From an uncultured Candidatus Saccharibacteria bacterium (lineage in GTDB: Bacteria > Patescibacteriota > Saccharimonadia > Saccharimonadales > Saccharimonadaceae), in contig CAUTMI010000002.1 of the NCBI GenBank assembly GCA_963539465.1, positions 47,168 through 111,167 of the forward strand: a stretch of DNA of 64,000 nt, written 5' to 3'. A model generated the notes under the pieces. That model was not told where the DNA came from and ran no database searches. It saw nothing but the letters and a program-made list of their open reading frames with translations. A program made the position numbers and the translations under genes. The stretch's first letter is position 1. Each line of letters opens with the position of its first letter. This document shows, piece after piece, positions 1 to 7,518 of the stretch.

Positions 1-1
1 G

Positions 2-247
2 ATTGATAAGGTGCTCGGTCAACCTGAAAAGACTGTGTTAGAGTGCGAAATTGTCCCTCGTCGTGAAGCACGTAGGTCTCTTGTCTTAACTAGAAGCATG
101 AAAGCTGGAGAGAAAATTACGGAAAACGATATTATGCCAAAGCGTCCAGGTACTGGAATTTCACCAAAATACACCGATATTGTACTTGGTAGGGAAGTAA
201 AACGGGATCTAGAAGAGGATACAATCCTCACATGGGATATGGTGTAA
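2..247 (+). CDS. 3' end of a NeuB/PseI-family nonulosonic (sialic-type) acid synthase, C-terminal SAF domain; the 5' end lies outside the window
   Basis: The frame is open from the window edge. The translation ...IMPKRPGTGISPKYTDIVLGREVKRDLEEDTILTWDMV resembles the SAF/antifreeze-like C-terminus of NeuB-type synthases. A hairpin terminator follows. Confidence 0.55.
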   Translation: MDKVLGQPEKTVLECEIVPRREARRSLVLTRSMKAGEKITENDIMPKRPGTGISPKYTDIVLGREVKRDLEEDTILTWDMV

Positions 248-275
248 TTGTAACAAAAAATGTAAGATAAATTAA

Positions 276-314
276 AAAACCTCCGGTCGAAACAATTAGA
301 TTAGGAGGTTTTTT
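276..314 (+). terminator. Rho-independent terminator
   Basis: AAAACCTCC (276-284) pairs with GGAGGTTTT (304-312), followed by a T-run. Confidence 0.7.
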
Positions 315-394
315 GAATTAGAACACATGGGTTTTATTTTACTAGATATGTTTTATGATAAAATATCACCACAAAACCACGAAAGGAAAACATC

Positions 395-658
395 ATGAAC
401 AAACAAAAAATCAACACTATTGTCGGGTCAGTCGGAGCTTTTATAGGAGTCTTCGTCTTCATAACCTACATCCCACAAATCCTCGCTAATCTCGCCGGCA
501 ATAAGGCCCAACCGTGGCAGCCACTCACCGCTTCAATGTCATGTCTCATCTGGGTTATTTATGGCTGGACCAAGGAGCCAAAAAAGGACTACATCCTCAT
601 TGTCCCAAACCTCGCCGGTGTCGTGCTCGGATTCCTTGCATTTGTGACTGCACTATAG
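395..658 (+). CDS. SemiSWEET / PQ-loop family small sugar transporter
   Basis: 87 aa with three predicted TM segments. It has an IPQI motif in TM1 and a WxxYG motif, typical of bacterial SemiSWEETs. Confidence 0.65.
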   Translation: MNKQKINTIVGSVGAFIGVFVFITYIPQILANLAGNKAQPWQPLTASMSCLIWVIYGWTKEPKKDYILIVPNLAGVVLGFLAFVTAL

Positions 659-740
659 TCGTTCCAGATATTAATATTCTTCCGGAGATTAATGTCCTTA
701 CACGGATTCTAAATTCAACATCCACCATACTTAATTTCCT

Positions 741-845
741 ACTTGACGCTCATATATCTAAGTGATAATATATAAGCATTAAAACCTCCCCCCGATATTG
801 TTTCGGGACTAGGAGGTTTTATTTTTTTACTAAATCATGATATAT
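741..845 (+). repeat. Left copy of an about 100-bp direct repeat flanking the CRISPR-Cas module (promoter-like TTGACG-17-TAATAT, hairpin 781-820, T7)
   Basis: Near-identical to 7201-7305 (a few substitutions and a 1-nt indel). TTGACG is at 743-748, TGaTAATAT at 763-771, the hairpin AAAACCTCC/GGAGGTTTT at 781-820 and the T-run at 822-828. Confidence 0.85.
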
Positions 846-909
846 TTATACCAGAGCCGGGGCTAGATTCCGGCATCTCCATTTTAAGATTCTAAGAACC
901 TCCTCCCTC

Positions 910-940
910 TTGACATATCCAAGCAACTGGTATATATAAT
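910..940 (+). promoter_or_regulatory. Sigma70-type promoter of the tracrRNA
   Basis: TTGACA at 910-915. TATATA lies 17 nt downstream (933-938), overlapping TATAAT at 935-940. Confidence 0.6.
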
Positions 941-946
941 ACCCAT

Positions 947-1068
947 AATCCCTTAAGTAAGGATTATGCTACTATCGAAGTTTATTAGGTCTCTATAATA
1001 ATATAGATTTCTAATAATCTATGTAAAGCTCTAAGGTATTTCCTCGTGAAATACCTTATCTTATTTTC
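947..1068 (+). ncRNA. tracrRNA: tracrRNA of the type II-C system
   Basis: 963-999 (ATTATGCTACTATCGAAGTTTATTAGGTCTCTATAAT) is a near-full-length anti-repeat to the minus-strand reading of the CRISPR repeat, with G:U wobbles, one bulge and one 3-nt internal loop. It is followed by a nexus-like hairpin (1003-1009/1016-1022) and a terminator hairpin AAGGTATTTC/GAAATACCTT (1033-1057) with a U-rich tail. The 5' end is predicted from the promoter only. Confidence 0.75.
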
Positions 1069-1113
1069 TAGCTATCTTTGGTAAAACACCCCATTTCTCC
1101 ATTCCGCTTCTGC

Positions 1114-1141
1114 ATGACAAAACAAGAAGCTGTGATATAAC
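1114..1141 (+). promoter_or_regulatory. cas9 promoter (ATGACA-16-TGaTATAAC) placed for a leaderless transcript
   Basis: The -35-like ATGACA is at 1114-1119 and the extended -10 TGATATAAC at 1133-1141. Only 6 nt separate the -10 from the cas9 ATG at 1148, and there is no Shine-Dalgarno sequence. Confidence 0.5.
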
Positions 1142-1147
1142 ATAGAT

Positions 1148-4100
1148 ATGAACTACTCTTTAGGACTGGATATCGGCACCACATCCTGTGGTTGGTCCGT
1201 TATTAACTTAGACAAAAAACGTATTGAAGATCTCGGAGTCCGTATCTTTGAGGGCGCAGAAAACCCTAAAAATGGCCATTCTCTTGCCGAGCCACGTCGT
1301 GAAAAACGCGGCATGCGAAAACGTCTTCATAGGCGCCGCATCCGTCTCAACTTTCTCAAACAATTCTTTATTCAGCAAAAAATTCTAAGTAATCAGCAAA
1401 TTGAATCTCTCCTCGCGCCACACAAGAACCAAATTGATCCATATGCCGTTCGTGAAAAAGCTCTCTCAGAAAAAATTACTCCTGAAGAATTATTTATTGC
1501 ACTGTATCATATTGCTAAGCGCCGCGGCTATAAATCAAATAGTCGCGCAGAATCAAGCGGCGATGCTGATGAAAACAAGAAGACGCTTAGCGCAATCACT
1601 GCCAATCAAGTATTTCTAAAAGAATACCAGACCGTTGGTGAAGCTCTCAACCATGCTGAAAAATTTAAGTCTCATAAGCGAAATAAGCCAAACGATTATA
1701 GTAACTCCTTTGCCAGGGCAGACTTTGAGGATGAAATTAAGAAGATTCTCAATAAACAGTCTGAGTTCTATCCAGTTCTTAATGAAGAAAAAATTCAGGA
1801 ATTATTATATAGTGAAAATTTCGGTGTCTTATTCCAACGCCGTTTTATGACACCTGAGTTAATTGAGAAAATGCGCGGCAAGTGTCAATTTGAAAAGGAT
1901 AAACCACGCGCCCAAAGAGCCTCATATTCTTTCGAGCTTTTCCGTCTTGCTTCTGATCTAGTCCACCTTACCTATAATATGGGCAATAAACTAACCATCG
2001 ACGAAATTGCAGCCTGTATTGAAAAAGCTAAAGAACTTTCTGTTTTAAAATATTCTCATATTCAAAAAATCCTAGCCGAGGACGTGGAGGACGAGATTAA
2101 TTTTGACTATATTCGTGGTCTGAAAAGAAAAGATCTCATTAAGGATGAGGCTGAAGCGAAAAAGAAAGCACTTGAACAAAAATTCGGAGAACTAAAATTC
2201 TACCATGCCATAAAAAAGGCTCTCAAAGATCAGCCCGCAGAATGGAAAGATATCGAATCAAATATTGAATTATTTGATAATATCGGCTTTGTTCTTACCG
2301 CTAATAAGGAAGATGACTCAGTTAGGGAAGAGTTGAAGAAGTTGGGTCTAAAACCTTCGGTTATCAACGGGATCTCTAATATTAAGCAATCTTTCGCAGG
2401 TTTTGGCCACCTTTCACTCAAAGCTCTTCGTAAAATTACTCCATTTATATTACAGGGGGAAACTTATGATAAAGCCGTTGTTGATGCTGGCTATATATTT
2501 ACTGCCAAGATTTCTGGCAACTCGAATCGTCTACCGGCTCTCTCAAAGGAAGAAAATAATCAAATCACTAATCCAGTCGTAAAACGTGCAATTTCGCAAA
2601 GTATTAAAGTGGTAAATGCAATTATTCTAAAATATGGCGCCCCCACCAGGATTCATATTGAGTGTGCTTCAGAGCTTGCTAAAAGTTATGATAAACGCAA
2701 TGAAATTATCAAGACTCAGGATGAGAATCGTGAAAATAACGAAAAAATTATTGCACGTCTTAAAGAAGAGTTCCATGTATTATCTCCAACTGCTACGCAG
2801 ATTACAAAATTCAAACTCTACGAACAACAGGACGGTAAATGTCTCTATTCTGGATCCCCAATCGATCTTAATCGACTCTTTTCTGACGAACATTATTGTG
2901 AAATTGATCATATTATTCCAATATCACGCTGTGGCAATGATGGTATGATTAATAAAGTTCTTGTTTTAAACCAAGAAAATCAAGAAAAACGCAATCAGAC
3001 TCCATTTGAGGCTTGGGGAAGTGATGAGAAACGTTGGCAAAGCTTTGTTGCACGCGTTGAGTCAAATCCTAAAATCTTTGCAAAAAAGCGTGCGAGACTT
3101 CTTGCTAAAACTCCACCAAAAGAGGACTGGAATGTGCGTGCTTTAAATGACACCAGGTATATCACAAGATTCCTCGCAAACTATTTTAAGCAGAATCTTA
3201 AATTTGCAGACCATACAGATGGTAAAAAAGTGGTCTATACCCCAACTGGCAATATCACTTCCTACCTCCGTCATGTCTGGCACATCGGCAAGAAGGACCG
3301 CTCAAAGAATCTTCATCACGCTGTTGATGCAGTAATTACGGCCTTAGTTACCGATGAGGTAGTTAGGCAATGTGCTTTGATGAATAAAATGATTGAATTG
3401 GGTGCCAAATATAAAACCAAGGGTATCAATCTTGCGGATTATCAAAATGGTATGCTTGCTGCTACTGACCCGGTTACTGGCGAAGTTGTTGATCTCGCGA
3501 AATATGAAGAAGTCCGCGAATCTGTCCTTCCTTGGCCAAATTTTGATCACGAAGTTCGTTTTCGCACTACTCCACTCGCTTGTTTTATAACTGAGGATAA
3601 AGAAGATAAGAAGAAATCTGAGTCGGGTCAGTTATCGGAAGAAGCAAAAACTCATCTTCAAAATGCTTCAGTCAATACCCTAGCTGAATGGCGTGATCAG
3701 TTTAGAGAAATCTATAAAGACCAAGATGAGGAGTTTAGGAGTTCTATTCACCCAATTTTTGTTTCTCGCATGCCAAAGCGCAAAGGCACAGGCAGCCTAC
3801 ATGATGATACAATCCGCTCACCAAAAGGGATTTTAATTGATGAAAAAACTGGTATTGTTTCGGCTAATCCAAATCGTAGTTCATTCATTCGCAAGAGGTT
3901 GCAAGATGTTAAAATCGCAGATTTGGAAAAATCTATCCTAAAACAAAGCGATAAGTTGTTATATCAGCAGTTGGAAAATCTTCTCGAAGCTAATGGTGAT
4001 GATCCTAAAAAAGCCTTCAAGGAACCTGTCTATAAAAATAATGTTAAGTTCGATAAGAACGGGCATCCACTTTCTCCAGTTACAACAATCAAGATCAATG

Positions 4101-4543
4101 ATGATAAAAGTGTAAAATCCGGTATTTCACTTAACCATGGCACTCAATTTGTAAATAATGGCTCTATGGTAAGATTAGATGTCTATCAGAAGGACATAAA
4201 GGGGGAAAAGAAACTATTTTATGTACCAATCTATACGCATCAAGTCCGTAAGGGATCAAATCGTATCCTTCCAACCACCTGCGGCTATAATTTTGCCGAC
4301 AATACTTTTACTAAACTCTGCTCAGTTTATCCTAATGATTATCTAATCATGAAAAAAGGCGATGAAATATTACAAGGATACTATATTAAATACAATGTTA
4401 ATAATTCAGCTATATCATATACGTCAAATATAAAAGAGGGTCGATCTGATTTTGTTAATGCGACAGGTCGTGCGCTTTCTGAGCTCTATCGCCTAGATAT
4501 CTCAGTTCTCGGCGACAATTATCCTTGGGAAAGAATGTACTAA
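1148..4543 (+). CDS. cas9: Cas9 endonuclease, type II-C
   Basis: 1131 aa. Motifs present: RuvC-I LGLDIGTTSCGWSV (D8); Arg-rich bridge helix EPRREKRGMRKRLHRRRIRL; RuvC-II IHIECASEL; HNH EIDHIIPISRCGNDGMINKVLVLNQENQEKRNQTPFE; RuvC-III HHAVDAVI. Adjacent to cas1, cas2, the array and the tracrRNA, with no csn2 or cas4. Confidence 0.95.
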   Translation: MNYSLGLDIGTTSCGWSVINLDKKRIEDLGVRIFEGAENPKNGHSLAEPRREKRGMRKRLHRRRIRLNFLKQFFIQQKILSNQQIESLLAPHKNQIDPYAVREKALSEKITPEELFIALYHIAKRRGYKSNSRAESSGDADENKKTLSAITANQVFLKEYQTVGEALNHAEKFKSHKRNKPNDYSNSFARADFEDEIKKILNKQSEFYPVLNEEKIQELLYSENFGVLFQRRFMTPELIEKMRGKCQFEKDKPRAQRASYSFELFRLASDLVHLTYNMGNKLTIDEIAACIEKAKELSVLKYSHIQKILAEDVEDEINFDYIRGLKRKDLIKDEAEAKKKALEQKFGELKFYHAIKKALKDQPAEWKDIESNIELFDNIGFVLTANKEDDSVREELKKLGLKPSVINGISNIKQSFAGFGHLSLKALRKITPFILQGETYDKAVVDAGYIFTAKISGNSNRLPALSKEENNQITNPVVKRAISQSIKVVNAIILKYGAPTRIHIECASELAKSYDKRNEIIKTQDENRENNEKIIARLKEEFHVLSPTATQITKFKLYEQQDGKCLYSGSPIDLNRLFSDEHYCEIDHIIPISRCGNDGMINKVLVLNQENQEKRNQTPFEAWGSDEKRWQSFVARVESNPKIFAKKRARLLAKTPPKEDWNVRALNDTRYITRFLANYFKQNLKFADHTDGKKVVYTPTGNITSYLRHVWHIGKKDRSKNLHHAVDAVITALVTDEVVRQCALMNKMIELGAKYKTKGINLADYQNGMLAATDPVTGEVVDLAKYEEVRESVLPWPNFDHEVRFRTTPLACFITEDKEDKKKSESGQLSEEAKTHLQNASVNTLAEWRDQFREIYKDQDEEFRSSIHPIFVSRMPKRKGTGSLHDDTIRSPKGILIDEKTGIVSANPNRSSFIRKRLQDVKIADLEKSILKQSDKLLYQQLENLLEANGDDPKKAFKEPVYKNNVKFDKNGHPLSPVTTIKINDDKSVKSGISLNHGTQFVNNGSMVRLDVYQKDIKGEKKLFYVPIYTHQVRKGSNRILPTTCGYNFADNTFTKLCSVYPNDYLIMKKGDEILQGYYIKYNVNNSAISYTSNIKEGRSDFVNATGRALSELYRLDISVLGDNYPWERMY

Positions 4544-4549
4544 AATATC

Positions 4550-5443
4550 ATGGCTTGGCGTACGGTTTATCTAGAGCAACAAACAAAACTTTGGTTAAGC
4601 CGGAACAATCTGTGTTTTTCTCATGACGAAGCAGAGTTGTCTGTTCCGATTGAAGATATTGATACCTTAGTAATTGACAATCACGGCACAAAAATCACCA
4701 CAAATCTCATCGATAGTCTCGCCAACCAAGATGTAGCTATTATAATATGCGATTCTTCACATCTACCAAGTACCGTAATTTTGCCCTACGCGAAACATTC
4801 ACGTCAGGCCAAGATTTCTAGTGATCAGCTAAAAATGCGCCAGCCAATCAGAAAGCAGCTCTGGCAGAAGAACATTATTCAGAAAATTCTTAATCAGGCA
4901 GAGGTCTTAAAGAGATTCAATTTAGAATATTTGGAACTAAACAAGCTATCTGGACTTGTTAAATCTGGTGACACTTCAAACTGCGAGGCAGTTGCCGCAA
5001 GAATTTATTTTAATCAACTACTCAGTGATTCGACTAGGCGTCAGCCAACCTGGTATAATTCTGCTCTTGATTATGGATATAGTATAGTGCGAAGTTGTAT
5101 CGCTAGGAGTGTAGCTTCGCATGGACTTATCGCCTCGCTAGGAATCTTTCATCACAATGAACTAAATAATTTCAATCTAGTGGATGATCTTATCGAATGT
5201 TATCGTCCATTTGTTGATCTCTATGTTTTGAAGACAGTCCGCTTGCGGCATATTGGAGAAGAAGCTGATGAGAATCTAACAAAAGATGATCGAGTCCTAC
5301 TGACACAAGTTGTCAATGAAAATGTCAGAATTCGCAATTTATCTTATTCCATAAAACACAGTGTTGATATTACGGTTGAAAGTTTTATTGCTGCATTTCA
5401 GAATGAAGATTTTAGTCTGTTTGAACTTCCGGAATTTTGCTGA
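4550..5443 (+). CDS. cas1: Cas1 integrase
   Basis: 297 aa. The N-terminus MAWRTVYLEQQTKLWLSRNNL is typical of type II Cas1. It starts 7 nt after the cas9 stop. Confidence 0.9.
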   Translation: MAWRTVYLEQQTKLWLSRNNLCFSHDEAELSVPIEDIDTLVIDNHGTKITTNLIDSLANQDVAIIICDSSHLPSTVILPYAKHSRQAKISSDQLKMRQPIRKQLWQKNIIQKILNQAEVLKRFNLEYLELNKLSGLVKSGDTSNCEAVAARIYFNQLLSDSTRRQPTWYNSALDYGYSIVRSCIARSVASHGLIASLGIFHHNELNNFNLVDDLIECYRPFVDLYVLKTVRLRHIGEEADENLTKDDRVLLTQVVNENVRIRNLSYSIKHSVDITVESFIAAFQNEDFSLFELPEFC

Positions 5444-5473
5444 TTAATAATTTTTGGGTGGGAGAAAGAAAAT

Positions 5474-5800
5474 ATGAGTAGTTATAATTTTATGCGAGCT
5501 CTAGTCTTATTTGATCTACCAACTGATACCAAACTTAATCGAGGAAACGCTACGCGGTTCCGAAACTATCTATTAAACGACGGATTCACGATGTTGCAAT
5601 ACAGTATTTATAGCCGACTCTGTCCAGATCGCGATAATGCAAATACTCACCTTGAGCGAGTGAAAAAGCATGCCCCACATGAAGGGTCTATTCGTATGCT
5701 GATGCTGACTGAGAACCAGTTCACTAATATGGAAGTGATTTGTGGTAATAAAACTGAACAAGAAAAATATATCGGCGAGGAGCAGATGCTGCTATTTTGA
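5474..5800 (+). CDS. cas2: Cas2
   Basis: 108 aa. MSSYNFMRALVLFDLPTDTKLNRGNATRFRNYLLNDGFTMLQYSIYSRL closely parallels type II Cas2 N-termini. Confidence 0.85.
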   Translation: MSSYNFMRALVLFDLPTDTKLNRGNATRFRNYLLNDGFTMLQYSIYSRLCPDRDNANTHLERVKKHAPHEGSIRMLMLTENQFTNMEVICGNKTEQEKYIGEEQMLLF

Positions 5801-5825
5801 ATTAGAGAATAAGTATAAGTATAAT
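5797..5825 (+). promoter_or_regulatory. Canonical sigma70-like promoter at the cas2 stop, pointing toward the array
   Basis: TTGAAT (5797-5802), a 17-nt spacer, then TATAAT (5820-5825). Confidence 0.45.
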
Positions 5826-5890
5826 AAAAAACTATTCTTAAAAAATAGTCTCCTGAGAAAAGAGACAGAAAACCAAAATGCTTACCCAAC

Positions 5891-5922
5891 AAAAAATCTT
5901 CCATTAACAGGGAAGATTTTCT
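5891..5922. terminator. Bidirectional hairpin terminator between cas2 and the array
   Basis: AATCTTCC (5895-5902) pairs with GGAAGATT (5911-5918). It is flanked by an A-run upstream and TTTTCT downstream. On the minus strand the hairpin is followed by TTTTTTG. Confidence 0.6.
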
Positions 5923-5939
5923 GTAAGTAAATTTGTAGT

Positions 5940-7096
5940 ATTATACTACTATCGAAATTGTTAGGGGACTATAACTAGCAATATATCGCTTCTTGAACTG
6001 TATCTATTATACTACTATCGAAATTGTTAGGGGACTATAACAGTCGCATAATAGTATTAAAGTATCTTCGAATTATACTACTATCGAAATTGTTAGGGGA
6101 CTATAACTCGTGATAGCGTGTAGGTTCCAGGGACTAAATTATACTACTATCGAAATTGTTAGGGGACTATAACTAATCCCCAACAAAAGAAAAAATCAGG
6201 GCGATTATACTACTATCGAAATTGTTAGGGGACTATAACCGATCCGAGATCACCTCAGTATACAGAATGATTATACTACTATCGAAATTGTTAGGGGACT
6301 ATAACCGATAAAGTCATCATTATTCAGATAATTCGATTATACTACTATCGAAATTGTTAGGGGACTATAACTAATCTCTCTTTTCTTTCAATAGTGGCTC
6401 TATTATACTACTATCGAAATTGTTAGGGGACTATAACAGACTTTCGCACCAGCCCAATCTCAACTCCATTATACTACTATCGAAATTGTTAGGGGACTAT
6501 AACATAGAATCAAGTGAGGTTGAGGCAGCGTGAATTATACTACTATCGAAATTGTTAGGGGACTATAACCTTGGTCACTGTTATAGTATTGCCGCTCAAT
6601 TATACTACTATCGAAATTGTTAGGGGACTATAACTCGCAGAAGCTTGCTGTTGAGCGTCTGCACATTATACTACTATCGAAATTGTTAGGGGACTATAAC
6701 TTATAGCATTGCGCCCTGTTAGCGAAGTACATTATACTACTATCGAAATTGTTAGGGGACTATAACATCCGTGCTAAGTCCTTAAAGTCCACCTCTATTA
6801 TACTACTATCGAAATTGTTAGGGGACTATAACTTAGAATGGCTTAAAGACATGGATTATAAAATTATACTACTATCGAAATTGTTAGGGGACTATAACAT
6901 CTATGGCACTCAGACGGTTGGAATCGAAATTATACTACTATCGAAATTATTAGGGGACTATAACCAGCCGTTCACATACATCATAAACATCACGATTATA
7001 CTACTATCAAAATTATTAGGGGACTATAACTGGGCATTGGGGATGACTCTGATCGCTAGCATTATACTACTATTGAAATTATTAGGAGGTTATAAC
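5940..7096 (-). CRISPR. CRISPR array with 18 repeats and 17 spacers; functional crRNA polarity inferred to be the minus strand
   Basis: The 36-nt repeat ATTATACTACTATCGAAATTGTTAGGGGACTATAAC (+ strand) recurs with a 65-66 nt period and unique 29-30 nt spacers. The repeats starting at 6929, 6995 and 7061 are progressively degenerate. The reverse complement GTTATAGTCCCCTAACAATTTCGATAGTAGTATAAT has type II-C form. The polarity follows from the plus-strand tracrRNA. Confidence 0.95.
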
Positions 7097-7154
7097 TACA
7101 GCAGAGAATCCAGAAAAGGGTCAGACACCCAATATATCGGGTGCCGCCACTAGC

Positions 7155-7183
7155 AACATATCACAAAATAACCAAAATATCAA
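7155..7183 (-). promoter_or_regulatory. Candidate external promoter reading into the array from its cas-distal end
   Basis: On the minus strand: TTGATA (7183-7178), a 17-nt spacer, then TGaTATGTT with the hexamer at 7160-7155. Confidence 0.35.
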
Positions 7184-7200
7184 TAGTAACGTTAAGGCCC

Positions 7201-7305
7201 AGTTGACACTCATGTTTTCTAGTGATAATATATAGACATTAAAACCTCCCCCCGATATGTTTCGGGACTAGGAGGTTTTATTTTTTTACTAAAACATGAT
7301 AGTAT
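7201..7305 (+). repeat. Right copy of the about 100-bp direct repeat flanking the CRISPR-Cas module
   Basis: TTGACA at 7203-7208, TGaTAATAT at 7223-7231, the hairpin AAAACCTCC/GGAGGTTTT at 7241-7279 and a T-run at 7281-7287. It aligns with 741-845. Confidence 0.85.
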
Positions 7306-7419
7306 GTGTCCAAGCCCTGACGGAGTTTCTAGATAACTCCGTCAGTGTAGCCACGCTTCGCCGTGGTATTTTTATACCAAAAAATAATCCAGATTATCTA
7401 TATATGTAAAAGTAATCTA

Positions 7420-7490
7420 TGATATAATCAAAGCCATAAACACCCCCTCCATCTAAGAGGTAATTAGTCCTCTGAGGGGATGTTTTTTTG
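7420..7490 (+). ncRNA. Candidate small RNA unit (extended -10, hairpin, T7), function unknown
   Basis: TGATATAAT at 7420-7428. The hairpin pairs CCCCTC (7444-7449) with GAGGGG (7474-7479), with inner stem AGAGG/CCTCT. A T-run lies at 7483-7489. No ORF. Confidence 0.3.
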
Positions 7491-7518
7491 TCGAAAAATC
7501 ATATTGCCTAGCTTCATC

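Noticed and set aside
514-765. An 83-aa ORF overlapping the SemiSWEET gene in another frame
   Set aside because: It overlaps a better-supported gene and has no RBS or promoter. Its composition is typical of an off-frame artefact.
940-1000. tracrRNA encoded on the minus strand, which would imply plus-strand crRNAs driven from the cas2-proximal promoter
   Set aside because: In that polarity the anti-repeat is followed by no nexus or terminator hairpin and no T-tract, and no promoter lies upstream. The plus-strand polarity has all three. The minus-strand repeat reading also has the canonical GTT...AAT type II-C form.
6749-7153. A 134-aa plus-strand ORF with the repetitive peptide LLSKLLGDYN
   Set aside because: It lies entirely inside the CRISPR array. 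The periodic peptide is simply the translated repeat.
741-7305. The CRISPR-Cas module as a conventional transposon or integrative element
   Set aside because: No transposase, integrase or recombinase ORF and no terminal inverted repeats are present. The flanks are direct repeats of about 100 bp, far longer than a target-site duplication. Only a homologous-recombination scenario is retained.
5832-7490. scaRNA-like function for the TAGTC(Y)(Y)CTGAG motifs at 5848-5859 and 7462-7473
   Set aside because: It is kept only as a speculative note. Predicted pairing with the tracrRNA anti-repeat is only about 4+5 bp around a mismatch. Such short matches are expected by chance in hairpin-rich AT-rich DNA.
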